NCBI GenBank assembly: GCA_964016885.1
Contig: OZ024740.1
Location: 2,294,001 to 2,358,000, forward strand
DNA from: Eledone cirrhosa
Taxonomy: Eukaryota
Reading direction: 5' to 3'
Length of the DNA stretch: 64,000 bases
The first letter of the stretch is position 1. Each line of letters begins with the position of its first letter. This document shows, in pieces, positions 9,680 through 24,674 of this stretch. Below the pieces are notes generated by a model. It was given only the letters and a program-made list of their open reading frames with translations, was not told the origin of the DNA and searched no databases. Both the position numbers and the translations under genes were made by a program.

Positions 9680-12600
9680 CCCACACTGTAAAGTGATCAT
9701 GTAGGTGTCACAATAAAAAGTACCCAGCCCACACTATATAGTGGTCATGTAGGTGTCACAATAAAAAGTACCCAGTCCACACTGTAAAGTGGTCATGTAG
9801 GTGTCACAATAAAAAGTATCCAGCCCACACTGTAAAGTGGTCATGTAGGTGTCACAATAAAAAGTACCTGGTCCTCACTATAAAGTGGTCATGTAGGTGT
9901 CACAATAAAAAGTATCCAGCCCACACTGTAAAGTGGTCATGTAGGTGTCACAATAAAAAGTATCCAGTCCACACTGTAAAGTGGTCATGTAGGTGTCACA
10001 ATAAAAAGTACCTGGTCCTCACTATAAAGTGGTCATGTAGGTGTCACAATAAAAAGCACCTGGTCCTCACTATAAAGTGGTCATGTAGGTGTCACAATAA
10101 AAAGTATCCAGCCCACACTGTAAAGTGGTCATGTAGGTGTCACAATAAAAAGTACCCAGTCCACACTGTAAAGTGGTCATGTAGGTGCCACAATAACAAG
10201 TACCCAGTCCACACTGTAAAGTGGTCATGTAGGTGTCACAATAAAAAGTACCTGGTCCTCACTATAAAGTGGTCATGTAGGTGTCACAATAAAAAGTACC
10301 TGGTCCTCACTATAAAGTGGTCATGTAGGTGTCACAATAACAAGTATCCAGCCCACACTGTAAAGTGGTCATGTAGGTGTCACAATAACAAGTATCCAGC
10401 CCACACTGTAAAGTGGTCATGTAGGTGTCACAATAAAAAGTACCCAGTCCACACTGTAAAGTGGTCATGTAGGTGTCACAATAAAAAGTATCCAGTCCAC
10501 ACTGTAAAGTGGTCATGTAGGTGTCACAATAAAAAGTATCCAGTCCACACTGTAAAGTGGTCATGTAGGTGTCACAATAAAAAGTACCCAGTCCACACTG
10601 TAAAGTGGTCATGTAGGTGTCACAATAAAAAGTACCTGGTCCTCACTATAAAGTGGTCATGTAGGTGTCACAATAAAAAGTATCCAGCCCACACTGTAAA
10701 GTGGTCATGTAGGTGTCACAATAAAAAGTATCCAGTCCACACTGTAAAGTGGTCATGTAGGTGTCACAATAAAAAGTACCTGGTCCTCACTATAAAGTGG
10801 TCATGTAGGTGTCACAATAAAAAGCACCTGGTCCTCACTATAAAGTGGTCATGTAGGTGTCACAATAAAAAGTATCCAGCCCACACTATAAAGTGGTCAT
10901 GTAGGTGTCACAATAAAAAGTATCCAGTCCACACTGTAAAGTGGTCATGTAGGTGTCACAATAACAAGTACCCAGTCCACACTGTAAAGTGGTCATGTAG
11001 GTGTCACAATAAAAAGTACCTGGTCCTCACTATAAAGTGGTGATGTAGGTGTCACAATAAAAAGTACCTGGTCCTCACTATAAAGTGGTCATGTAGGTGT
11101 CACAATAACAAGTATCCAGCCCACACTGTAAAGTGGTCATGTAGGTGTCACAATAACAAGTATCCAGCCCACACTGTAAAGTGGTCATGTAGGTGTCACA
11201 ATAAAAAGTACCCAGTCCACACTGTAAAGTGGTCATGTAGGTGTCACAATAAAAAGTATCCAGTCCACACTGTAAAGTGGTCATGTAGGTGTCACAATAA
11301 AAAGTATCCAGTCCACACTGTAAAGTGGTCATGTAGGTGTCACAATAAAAAGTACCCAGTCCACACTGTAAAGTGGTCATTTAGGTGTCACAATAAAAAG
11401 TACCTGGTCCTCACTATAAAGTGGTCATGTAGGTGTCACAATAAAAAGTACCCAGTCCACACTGTAAAGTGGTCATGTAGGTGTCACGATAAAAAGTACC
11501 CAGTCCTCACTATAAAGTGGTCATGAAGGTGTCACAATAAAAAGTACCCAGTCCACACTATAAAGTGGTCATGGAGGTGTCACAATAAAAAGTATCCATG
11601 TCCACACTATAAAGTGGTCATGTAGGAGTCACAATAAAATGTACCCAGTCCACACTGTAAAGTGGTCATGTAGGTGTCACAATAAAAAGTACCTGCTCCT
11701 CACTATAAAGTGGTCATGTAGGTGTCACAATAAAAAGTACCCAGTCCACACTGTAAAGTGGTCATGTAGGTGTCACAATAACAAGTATACAGTCCACACT
11801 ATAAAGTGGTCATGAAGGTGTCACAATAAAAAGTACCCAGTCCACACTATAAAGTGGTCATGTAGGTGTCACAATAAAAAGTACCCAGCCAACACTATAA
11901 AGTGGTCATGTAGGTGTCACAATAAAAAGTATCCAGTCCACACTATAAAGTGGTCATGTAGGTGTCACAATAACAAGTATCCAGCCCACACTGTAAAGTG
12001 GTCATGTAGGTGTCACAATAACAAGTACCCAGCCCACACTATAAAGTAGTCATGTAGGTGTCACAATAAAAAGTATCCAGTCCACACTATAAAGTGGTCA
12101 TGTAGGTGTCACAATAAAAAGTATCCAGTCCACACTGTAAAGTGGTCATGAAGGTGTCACAATAAAAAGTACCCAGTCCACACTATAAAGTGGTCATGTA
12201 GGTGTCACAATAAAAAGTACCCAGCCAACACTATAAAGTGGTCATGTAGGTGTCACAATAAAAAGTATCCAGCCCACACTGTAAAGTGGTCATGTAGGTG
12301 TCACAATAACAAGTACGCAGCCCACACTGTAAAGTGGTCATGTAGGTGTCACAATAACAAGTATCCAGCCCATACTGTAAAGTGGTCATGTAGGTGTCAC
12401 AATAAAAAGTATCCAGCCCACACTGTAAAGTGGTCATGTAGGTGTCACAATAAAAAGTACCCAGTCCACACTGTAAAGTGGTCATGTAGGTGTCACAATA
12501 AAAAGTATCCAGCCCACACTGTAAAGTGATCATGTAGGTGTCACAATAAAAAGTACCCAGCCCACACTATATAGTGGTCATGTAGGTGTCACAATAAAAA

Positions 12601-15600
12601 GTACCCAGTCCACACTGTAAAGTGGTCATGTAGGTGTCACAATAAAAAGTATCCAGCCCACACTGTAAAGTGGTCATGTAGGTGTCACAATAAAAAGTAC
12701 CTGGTCCTCACTATAAAGTGGTCATGTAGGTGTCACAATAAAAAGTATCCAGCCCACACTGTAAAGTGGTCATGTAGGTGTCACAATAAAAAGTATCCAG
12801 TCCACACTGTAAAGTGGTCATGTAGGTGTCACAATAAAAAGTACCTGGTCCTCACTATAAAGTGGTCATGTAGGTGTCACAATAAAAAGCACCTGGTCCT
12901 CACTATAAAGTGGTCATGTAGGTGTCACAATAAAAAGTATCCAGCCCACACTGTAAAGTGGTCATGTAGGTGTCACAATAAAAAGTACCCAGTCCACACT
13001 GTAAAGTGGTCATGTAGGTGCCACAATAACAAGTACCCAGTCCACACTGTAAAGTGGTCATGTAGGTGTCACAATAAAAAGTACCTGGTCCTCACTATAA
13101 AGTGGTCATGTAGGTGTCACAATAAAAAGTACCTGGTCCTCACTATAAAGTGGTCATGTAGGTGTCACAATAACAAGTATCCAGCCCACACTGTAAAGTG
13201 GTCATGTAGGTGTCACAATAACAAGTATCCAGCCCACACTGTAAAGTGGTCATGTAGGTGTCACAATAAAAAGTACCCAGTCCACACTGTAAAGTGGTCA
13301 TGTAGGTGTCACAATAAAAAGTATCCAGTCCACACTGTAAAGTGGTCATGTAGGTGTCACAATAAAAAGTATCCAGTCCACACTGTAAAGTGGTCATGTA
13401 GGTGTCACAATAAAAAGTACCCAGTCCACACTGTAAAGTGGTCATGTAGGTGTCACAATAAAAAGTACCTGGTCCTCACTATAAAGTGGTCATGTAGGTG
13501 TCACAATAAAAAGTACCCAGTCCACACTGTAAAGTGGTCATGTAGGTGTCACAATAACAAGTACCCTGCCCACACTGTAAAGTGGTCATGTATGTGTCAC
13601 AAAAAAAAGTACCCAGTCCACACTATAAAGTGGTCATGTAGGTGTCACAATAAAAAGTATCCAGTCCACACTATAAAGTGGTCATGAAGGTGTCACAATA
13701 AAAAGTACCCAGTCCACACTGTAAAGTGGTCATGTAGGTGACACAATAAAAAGTACCCAAGCCACACTATAAAGTGGTCATGTAGGTGTCACAATAAAAA
13801 GTATCCAGTCCACACTGTAAAGTGGTCATGAAGGTGTCACAATAAAAAGTACCCAGTCCACACTATAAAGTGGTCATGTAGGTGTCACGATAAAAAGTAC
13901 CCAGTCCTCACTATAAAGTGGTCATGAAGGTGTCACAATAAAAAGTACCCAGTCCACACTATAAAGTGGTCATGTAGGTGTCACAATAAAAAGTATCCAT
14001 GTCCACACTATAAAGTGGTCATGTAGGTGTCACAATAAAATGTACCCAGTCCACACTGTAAAGTGGTCATGTAGGTGTCACGATAAAAAGTATCCAGTCC
14101 ACACTGTAAAGTGGTCATGTAGGTGTCACAATAAAAAGTACCCAGTCCACACTGTAAAGTGGTCATGTAGGTGTCACAATAACAAGTACCCAGTCCACAC
14201 TGTAAAGTGGTCATGTAGGTGTCACAATAAAAAGTACCTGGTCCTCACTATAAAATGGTCATGTAGGTGTCACAATAAAAATTACCTGGTCCTCACTATA
14301 AAGTGGTCATGTAGGTGTCACAATAAAAAGTACCCAGTCCTCACTATAAAGTGGTCATGAAGGTGTCACAATAAAAAGTACCCAGTCCACACTATAAAGT
14401 GGTCATGTAGGTGTCACAATAAAAAGTATCCAGTCCACAAAATAAAGTGGTCATGAAGGTGTCACAATAAAAAGTACCCAGTCCACACTGTAAAGTGGTC
14501 ATGTAGGTGTCACAATAAAAAGTACCTGCTCCTCACTATAAAGTGGTCATGTAGGTGTCACAATAACAAGTACCCAGCCCACACTGTAAAGTGGTCATGT
14601 AGGTGTCACAATAAAAAGTATCCAGCCCACACTATAAAGTGGTCATGTAGGTGTCACAATAAAAAGGATCCAGCCCACACTATAAAGTGGTCATGTAGGT
14701 GTCACAATAAAAAGTATCCAGCCCACACTATAAAGTGGTCATGTAGGTGTCACAATAACAAGTATCCAGCCCACACTGTAAAGTCGTCATGTAGGTGTCA
14801 CAATAACAAGTACCCAGTCCACACTATAAAGTGGTCATGTAGGTGTCACAATAAAAAGTATCCAGTCCACACTATAAAGTGGTCATGTAGGTGTCACAAT
14901 AAAAAGTACCCAGTCCACACTATAAAGTGGTCATGTAGGTGTCACAATAAAAAGTACCTGGTCCTCACTATAAAGTGGTCATGTAGGTGTCAGAATAAAA
15001 AGTATCCAGCCCACACTATAAAGTGGTCATGTAGGTGTCACAATAAAAAGTACCCAGTCCACACTGTAAAGTGGTCATGTAGGTGTCACAATAAAAAGTA
15101 TCCAGTCCTCACTGTAAAGTGATCATGTAGGTGTCACAATAAAAAGTACCCAGTCCACACTGTAAAGTGGTTATGTAGGTGTCACAATAAAAAGTACCTG
15201 GTCCTCACTATAAAGTGGTCATGTAGGTGTCACAATAAAAAGTACCTGGTCCTCACTATAAAGTGGTCATGTAGGTGTCACAATAAAAAGTACCTGGTCC
15301 TCACTATAAAGTGGTCATGTAGGTGTCAGAATAAAAAGTATCCAGCCCACACTATAAAGTGGTCATGTAGGTGTCACAATAAAAAGTACCCAGTCCACAC
15401 TGTAAAGTGGTCATGTAGGTGTCACAATAAAAAGTATCCAGTCCACACTGTAAAGTGGTCATGTAGGTGTCACAATAAAAAGTACACAGTCCACACTGTA
15501 AAGTGGTCATGTAGGTGTCACAATAAAAAGTACCTGGTCCTCACTATAAAGTGGTCATGTAGGTGTCACATTAAAAAGTACCTGGTCCTCACTATAAAGT

Positions 15601-18600
15601 GGTCATGTAGGTGTCACAATAAAAAGTATCCAGTCCACACCGTAAAGTGGACATGTAGGTGTCACAATAAAAAGTACCCAGCCCACACTGTAAAGTGGTC
15701 ATGTAGGTGTCAAAATAAAAAGTACCTGGTCCTCACTATAAAGTGGTTATGTAGGTGTCACAATAAAAAGTATCCAGCCCACACTATAAAGTGGTCATGT
15801 AGGTGTCACAATAAAAAGTACCCAGTCCACACTGTAAAGTGGTCATGTAGGTGTCACGATAAAAAGTATCCAGTCCACACTGTAAAGTGGTCATGTAGGT
15901 GTCACAATAAAAAGTACCCAGTCCACACTGTAAAGTGGTCATGTAGGTGTCACAATAACAAGTACCCAGTCCACACTGTAAAGTGGTCATGTAGGTGTCA
16001 CAATAAAAAGTACCTGGTCCTCACTATAAAATGGTCATGTAGGTGTCACAATAAAAAGTAACTGGTCCTCACTATAAAGTGGTCATGTAGGTGTCACAAT
16101 AACAAGTATCCAGCCCACACTGTAAAGTGGTCATGTAGGTGTTACAATAACAAGTATCCAGCCCACACCGTAAAGTGGTCATGTAGGTGTCAGAACAAAA
16201 AGTACCCAGTCCACACTGTAAAGTGGTCATGTAGGTGTCACAATAAAAAGTATCCAGTCCACACTGTAAAGTGGTCATGTAGGTGTCACAATAAAAAGTA
16301 TCCAGTCCACACTGTAAAGAGGTCATGTAGGTGTCACAATAAAAAGTACCCAGTCCACACTGTAAAGTGGTCATGTAGGTGTCACAATAAAAAGTACCTG
16401 GTCCTCACTATAAAGTGGTCATGTAGGTGTCACAATAAAAAGTACCCAGTCCACACTGTAAAGTGGTCATGTAGGTGTCACAATAACAAGTACCCAGCCC
16501 ACACTGTAAAGTGGTCATGTAGGTGTCACAATAACAAGTACCCAGTCCACACTATAAAGTGGTCATGTAGGTGTCACAATAAAAAGTATCCAGCCCACAC
16601 TATAAAGTGGTCATGTAGGTGTCACAATAAAAAGTACCCAGTCCACACTGTAAAGTGGTCATGTAGGTGTCACAATAATAAGTACCTGTTCCTCACTATA
16701 AGTGGTCATGTAGGTGTCACAATAAAAAGTATCCAGTCCACACTGTAAAGTGGTCATGTAGGTGTCACAATAAAAATTACCTGGTCCTCACTATAAAGTG
16801 GTCATGTAGGTGTCACAATAATAATTACCTGGTCCTCACTATAAAGTGGTCATGAAGGTGTCACAATAAAAAGTACCCAGTCCACACTATAAAGTGGTCA
16901 TGAAGGTGTCACAATAAACAGTACCCAGTCCACACTGTAAAGTGGTCATGTAGGTGTCACAATAAAAAGTACCTGCTCCTCACTATAAAGTGGTCATGTA
17001 GGTGTCACAATAACAAGTACCCAGTCCACACTGTAAAGTGGTCATGTAGGTGTCACAATAAAAAGTATCCAGCCCACACTATAAAGTGGTCATGTAGGTG
17101 TCACAATAACAAGTACCCAGCCCACACTGTAAAGTGGTCATGTAGGTGTCACAATAAAAAGTATCCAGCCCACACTGTAAAGTGGTCATGTAGGTGTCAC
17201 AATAAAAAGGATCCAGCCCACACTATAAAGTGGTCATGTAGGTGTCACAATAAAAAGTATCCAGCCCACACTATAAAGTGGTAATGTAGGTGTCACAATA
17301 ACAAGTATCCAGCCCACACTTAAAAGTGGTCATGTAGGTGTCACAATAACAAGTACCCAGTCCACACTATAAAGTGGTCATGTAGGTGTCACAATAAAAA
17401 GTATCCAGTCCACACTATAAAGTGGTCATGTAGGTGTCACAATAAAAAGTACCCAGTCCACACTATAAAGTGGTCATGTAGGTGTCACAATAAAAAGTAT
17501 CCAGTCCACACTGTAAAGTGGTCATGAAGGTGTCACAATAAAAAGTACCCAGTCCACACTATAAAGTGGTCATGTAGGTGTCACAATAAAAAGTATCCAG
17601 TCCACACTGTAAAGTGGTCATGTAGGTGTCACAATAAAATGTATCCAGCCCACACTGTAAAGTGGTCATGTAGGTGTCACAATAAAAAGTACCTGGTCCT
17701 CACTATAAAGTGGTCATGTAGGTGTCACAATAAAAAGTATCCAGCCCACACTGTAAAGTGGTCATGTAGGTGTCACAATAAAAAGTATCCAGTCCACACT
17801 GTAAAGTGGTCATGTAGGTGTCACAATAAAAAGTACCCAGCCCACACTGTAATGTGGTCATGTAGGTGTCACAATAAAAAGTACCTGGTCCTCACTATAA
17901 AGTGGTCATGTAGGTGTCACAATAAAAAGTACCTGGTCCTTACTATAAAGTGGTCATGTAGGTGTCACAATAAAAAGTACCCAGTCCACACTGTAAAGTG
18001 GTCATGTAGGTGTCACAATAAAAAGTATCCAGTCCACACTGTAAAGTGGTCATGTAGGTGTCACAATAAAAAGTACCCAGTCCACACTGTAAAGTGGTCA
18101 TGTAGGTGTCACACTAAAAAGTACCTGGTCCTCACTATAAAGTGGTCATGTAGGTGTCACAATAAAAAGTACCTGGTCCTCACTATAAAGTGGTCATGTA
18201 GGTGTCACAATAAAAAGTATCCAGTCCACACCGTAAAGTGGACATGTAGGTGTCACAATAAAAAGTACCCAGCCCACACTGTAAAGTGGTCATGTAGGTG
18301 TCAAAATAAAAAGTACCTGGTCCTCACTATAAAGTGGTTATGTAGGTGTCACAATAAAAAGTACCTGGTCCTCACTATAAAGTGGTCATGTAGGTGTCAC
18401 AATAAAAAGTATCCAGCCCACACTATAAAGTGGTCATGTAGGTGTCACAATAAAAAGTACCCAGTCCACACTGTAAAGTGGTCATATAGGTGACACAATA
18501 AAAAGTACCTGGTCCTCACTATAAAGTGGTTATGTAGGTGTCACAATAAAAGGTACCTGGTCCTCACTATAAAGTGGTCATGTAGGTGTCACAATAAAAA

Positions 18601-18699
18601 GTATCCAGTCCACACTGTAAAGTGGTCATGTAGGTGTCACAATAAAAAGTATCCAGTCCACACTGTAAAGTGGTCATGAAGGTGTCACAATAAAAAGTA

Positions 18700-21600
18700 C
18701 CCAGTCCACACTATAAAGTGGTCATGTAGGTGTCACAATAAAAAGTATCCAGTCCACACTGTAAAGTGGTCATGTAGGTGTCACAATAAATAGTACCCAG
18801 CCCACACTGTAAAGTGGTCATGTAGGTGTCACAATAACAAGTATCCAGCCCACACTGTAAAATGGTCATGTAGGTGTCACAATAAAAAGTATCCAGCCCA
18901 CACTGTAAAATGGTCATGTTGGTGTCACAATAAAAAGTATCCAGCCCACACTATAAAGTGGTCATGTAGGTGTCACAATAAAAAGTACCTGGTCCTCACT
19001 ATAAAGTGGTCATGTAGGTGTCACAATAAAAAGTATCCAGCCCACACTGTAAAGTGGTCATGTAGGTGTCACAATAAAAAGTACCCAGCCCACACTGTAA
19101 AGTGGTCATGTAGGTGTCACAATAACAAGTATCCAGCCCACACTGTAAAATGGTCATGTAGGTGTCACAATAAAAAGTATCCAGTCCACAATGTAAAGTG
19201 GTCATATAGGTGTCACAATAAAAAGTATCCAGCCCACACTGTAAAATGGTCATGTTGGTGTCACAATAAAAAGTATCCAGCCCACACTGTAAAGTGGTCA
19301 TGTAGGTGTCACAATAAAAAGTACCCAGTCCACACTGTAAAGTGGTCATGTAGGTGTCACAATAAAAGGTATCCAGTCCACACTGTAAAGTGGTCATGTA
19401 GGTGTCACAACAAAAAGTATCCAGTCCACACTGTAAAGTGGTCATGTAGGTGTCACAACAAAAAGTACCCAGTCCACACTGTAAAGTGGTCATGTAGGTG
19501 TCACAATAAAAAGTATCCAGTCCACACTGTAAAGTGGTCATGTAGGTGTCACAATAAAAAGTATCCAGTCCACACTGTAAAGAGGTCATGTAGCTGTCAC
19601 AATAAAAAGTACCCAGTCCACACTGTAAAGTGGTCATGTAGGTGTCACAATAAAAAGTACCTGTTCCTCACTATAAAGTGGTCATGTAGGTGTCACAATA
19701 AAAAGTACCCAGTCCACACTGTAAAGTGGTCATGTAGGTGTCACAATAAAAAGTATCCAGTCCACACTGTAAAGTGGTCATGTAGGTGTCACAATAAAAA
19801 GTACCCAGTCCACACTGTAAAGTGGTCATGTAGGTGTCACACTAAAAAGTACCTGGTCCTCACTATAAAGTGGTCATGTAGGTGTCACAATAAAAAGTAC
19901 CTGGTCCTCACTATAAAGTGGTCATGTAGGTGTCACAATAAAAAGTATCCAGTCCACACCGTAAAGTGGACATGTAGGTGTCACAATAAAAAGTACCCAG
20001 CCCACACTGTAAAGTGGTCATGTAGGTGTCAAAATAAAAAGTACCTGGTCCTCACTATAAAGTGGTTATGTAGGTGTCACAATAAAAAGTACCTGGTCCT
20101 CATTATAAAGTGGTCATGTAGGTGTCACAATAAAAAGTATCCAGCCCACACTATAAAGTGGTCATGTAGGTGTAACAATAAAAAGTACCCAGTCCACACT
20201 GTAAAGTGGTCATATAGGTGACACAATAAAAAGTACCTGGTCCTCACTATAAAGTGGTTATGTAGGTGTCACAATAAAAGGTACCTGGTCCTCACTATAA
20301 AGTGGTCATGTAGGTGTCACAATAAAAAGTATCCAGTCCACACTGTAAAGTGGTCATGTAGGTGTCACAATAAAAAGTATCCAGTCCACACTGTAAAGTG
20401 GTCATGTAGGTGTCACAATAAATAGTACCCAGCCCACACTGTAAAGTGGTCATGTAGGTGTCACAATAACAAGTATCCAGCCCACACTGTAAAGTGGTCA
20501 TGTAGGTGTCACAATAAAAAGTATCCAGCCCACACTGTAAAATGGTCATGTTGGTGTCACAATAAAAAGTATCCAGCCCACACTATAAAGTGGTCATGTA
20601 GGTGTCACAATAAAAAGTACCTGGTCCTCACTATAAAGTGGTCATGTAGGTGTCACAATAAAAAGTATCCAGCCCACACTGTAAAGTGGTCATGTAGGTG
20701 TCACAATAAAAAGTACCCAGCCCACACTGTAAAGTGGTCATGTAGGTGTCACAATAACAAGTATCCAGCCCACACTGTAAAATGGTCATGTAGGTGTCAC
20801 AATAAAAAGTATCCAGTCCACAATGTAAAGTGGTCATATAGGTGTCACAATAAAAAGTATCCAGCCCACACTGTAAAATGGTCATGTTGGTGTCACAATA
20901 AAAAGTATCCAGCCCACACTGTAAAGTGGTCATGTAGGTGTCACAATAAAAAGTACCCAGTCCACACTGTAAAGTGGTCATGTAGGTGTCACAATAAAAG
21001 GTATCCAGTCCACACTGTAAAGTGGTCATGTAGGTGTCACAATAAAAAGTATCCAGTCCACACTGTAAAGTGGTCATGTAGGTGTCACAACAAAAAGTAC
21101 CCAGTCCACACTGTAAAGTGGTCATGTAGGTGTCACAATAAAAAGTATCCAGTCCACACTGTAAAGTGGTCATGTAGGTGTCACAATAAAAAGTATCCAG
21201 TCCACACTGTAAAGAGGTCATGTAGGTGTCACAATAAAAAGTACCCAGTCCACACTGTAAAGTGGTCATGTAGGTGTCACAATAAAAAGTACCTGGTCCT
21301 CACTATAAAGTGGTCATGTAGGTGTCACAATAAAAAGTACCCAGTCCACACTGTAAAGTGGTCATGTAGGTGTCACAATAACAAGTACCCAGCCCACACT
21401 GTAAAGTGGTCATGTAGGTGTCACAATAAAAAGTATCCAGCCCACACTGTAAAGTGGTCATGTAGGTGTCACAATAAAAAGGATCCAGCCCACACTATAA
21501 AGTGGTCATGTAGGTGTCACAATAAAAAGTATCCAGCCCACACTATAAAGTGGTAATGTAGGTGTCACAATAAAAAGTACCCAGTCCTCACTATAAAGTG

Positions 21601-22950
21601 GTCATGAAGGTGTCACAATAAAAAGTACCCAGTCCACACTATAAAGTGGTCATGAAGGTGTCACAATAAAAAGTACCCAGTCCACACTGTAAAGTGGTCA
21701 TGTAGGTGTCACAATAAAAAGTACCTGCTCCTCACTATAAAGTGGTCATGTAGGTGTCACAATAACAAGTACCCAGTCCACACTGTAAAGTGGTCATGTA
21801 GGTGTCACAATAAAAAGTATCCAGCCCACACTATAAAGTGGTCATGTAGGTGTCACAATAAAAAGTATCCAGCCCACACTGTAAAGTGGTCATGAAGGTG
21901 TCACAATAAAAAGTACCCAGTCCACACTATAAAGTGGTCATGTAGGTGTCACAATAAAAAGTATCCAGTCCACACTGTAAAGTGGTCATGTAGGTGTCAC
22001 AATAAATAGTACCCAGCCCACACTGTAAAGTGGTCATGTAGGTGTCACAATAACAAGTATCCAGCCCACACTGTAAAGTGGTCATGTAGGTGTCACAATA
22101 AAAAGTATCCAGCCCACACTGTAAAATGGTCATGTTGGTGTCACAATAAAAAGTATCCAGCCCACACTATAAAGTGGTCATGTAGGTGTCACAATAAAAA
22201 GTACCTGGTCCTCACTATAAAGTGGTCATGTAGGTGTCACAATAAAAAGTATCCAGCCCACACTGTAAAGTGGTCATGTAGGTGTCACAATAAAAAGTAC
22301 CCAGCCCACACTGTAAAGTGGTCATGTAGGTGTCACAATAACAAGTATCCAGCCCACACTGTAAAATGGTCATGTAGGTGTCACAATAAAAAGTATCCAG
22401 TCCACAATGTAAAGTGGTCATATAGGTGTCACAATAAAAAGTATCCAGCCCACACTGTAAAATGGTCATGTTGGTGTCACAATAAAAAGTATCCAGCCCA
22501 CACTGTAAAGTGGTCATGTAGGTGTCACAATAAAAAGTACCCAGTCCACACTGTAAAGTGGTCATGTAGGTGTCACAATAAAAGGTATCCAGTCCACACT
22601 GTAAAGTGGTCATGTAGGTGTCACAATAAAAAGTATCCAGTCCACACTGTAAAGTGGTCATGTAGGTGTCACAACAAAAAGTACCCAGTCCACACTGTAA
22701 AGTGGTCATGTAGGTGTCACAATAAAAAGTATCCAGTCCACACTGTAAAGTGGTCATGTAGGTGTCACAATAAAAGGTATCCAGTCCACACTGTAAAGAG
22801 GTCATGTAGGTGTCACAATAAAAAGTACCCAGTCCACACTGTAAAGTGGTCATGTAGGTGTCACAATAAAAAGTACCTGGTCCTCACTATAAAGTGGTCA
22901 TGTAGGTGTCACAATAAAAAGTACCCAGTCCACACTGTAAAGTGGTCATG
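18700..22950. repeat. Three copies of a shared multi-monomer block at 33-34-monomer spacing (boundaries approximate)
   Basis: Near-identical 212-aa ORFs at 18999, 20631 and 22215 (offsets 1632 and 1584). Shared rare variants are AAATAGTACC, CATGTTGG, CCACAATGT..CATATAGG, AAAAGGTATCC and AAAGAGGTC. Confidence 0.85.
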
Positions 22951-24674
22951 TAGGTGTCACAATAACAAGTACCCAGCCCACACTGTAAAGTGGTCATGTA
23001 TGTGTCACAAAAAAAAGTACCCAGTCCACACTGTACAGTGGTCATGTAGGTGTCACAATAATAAGTACCTGGTCCTCACTATAAGTGGTCATGTAGGTGT
23101 CACAATAAAAAGTATCCAGTCCACACTGTAAAGTGGTCATGTAGGTGTCACAATAAAAATTACCTGGTCCTCACTATAAAGTGGTCATGTAGGTGTCACA
23201 ATAAAAAGTACCCAGTCCTCACTATAAAGTGGTCATGAAGGTGTCACAATAAAAAGTACCCAGTCCACACTATAAAGTGGTCATGAAGGTGTCACAATAA
23301 AAAGTACCCAGTCCACACTGTAAAGTGGTCATGTAGGTGTCACAATAAAAAGTACCTGCTCCTCACTATAAAGTGGTCATGTAGGTGTCACAATAACAAG
23401 TACCCAGTCCACACTGTAAAGTGGTCATGTAGGTGTCACAATAAAAAGTACCCAGCCCACACTGTAAAGTGGTCATGTAGGTGTCACAATAAAAAGTATC
23501 CAGCCCACACTCTAAAGTGGTCATGTAGGTGTCACAATAAAAAGGATCCAGCCCACACTATAAAGTGGTCATGTAGGTGTCACAATAAAAAGTATCCAGC
23601 CCACACTATAAAGTTGTAATGTAGGTGTCACAATAACAAGTATCCAGCCCACACTTAAAAGTGGTCATGTAGGTGTCACAATAACAAGTACCCAGTCCAC
23701 ACTATAAAGTGGTCATGTAGGTGTCACAATAAAAAGTATCCAGTCCACACTATAAAGTGGTCATGTAGGTGTCACAATAAAAAGTACCCAGTCCACACTA
23801 TAAAGTGGTCATGTAGGTGTCACAATAAAAAGTATCCAGTCCACACTGTAAAGTGGTCATGAAGGTGTCACAATAAAAAGTACCCAGTCCACACTATAAA
23901 GTGGTCATGTAGGTGTCACAATAAAAAGTATCCAGTCCACACTGTAAAGTGGTCATGTAGGTGTCACAATAAAATGTATCCAGCCCACACTGTAAAGTGG
24001 TCATGTAGGTGTCACAATAAAAAGTACCTGGTCCTCACTATAAAGTGGTCATGTAGGTGTCACAATAAAAAGTATCCAGCCCACACTGTAAAGTGGTCAT
24101 GTAGGTGTCACAATAAAACGTATCCAGTCCACACTGTAAAGTGGTCATGTAGGTGTCACAATAAAAAGTACCCAGCCCACACTGTAATGTGGTCATGTAG
24201 GTGTCACAATAAAAAGTACCTGGTCCTCACTATAAAGTGGTCATGTAGGTGTCACAATAAAAAGTACCTGGTCCTCACTATAAAGTGGTCATGTAGGTGT
24301 CACAATAAAAAGTACCCAGTCCACACTGTAAAGTGGTCATGTAGGTGTCACAATAAAAAGTATCCAGTCCACACTGTAAAGTGGTCATGTAGGTGTCACA
24401 ATAAAAAGTACCCAGTCCACACTGTAAAGTGGTCATGTAGGTGTCAAAATAAAAAGTACCTGGTCCTCACTATAAAGTGGTTATGTAGGTGTCACAATAA
24501 AAAGTACCTGGTCCTCACTATAAAGTGGTCATGTAGGTGTCACAATAAAAAGTATCCAGCCCACACTATAAAGTGGTCATGTAGGTGTCACAATAAAAAG
24601 TACCCAGTCCACACTGTAAAGTGGTCATATAGGTGACACAATAAAAAGTACCTGGTCCTCACTATAAAGTGGTT

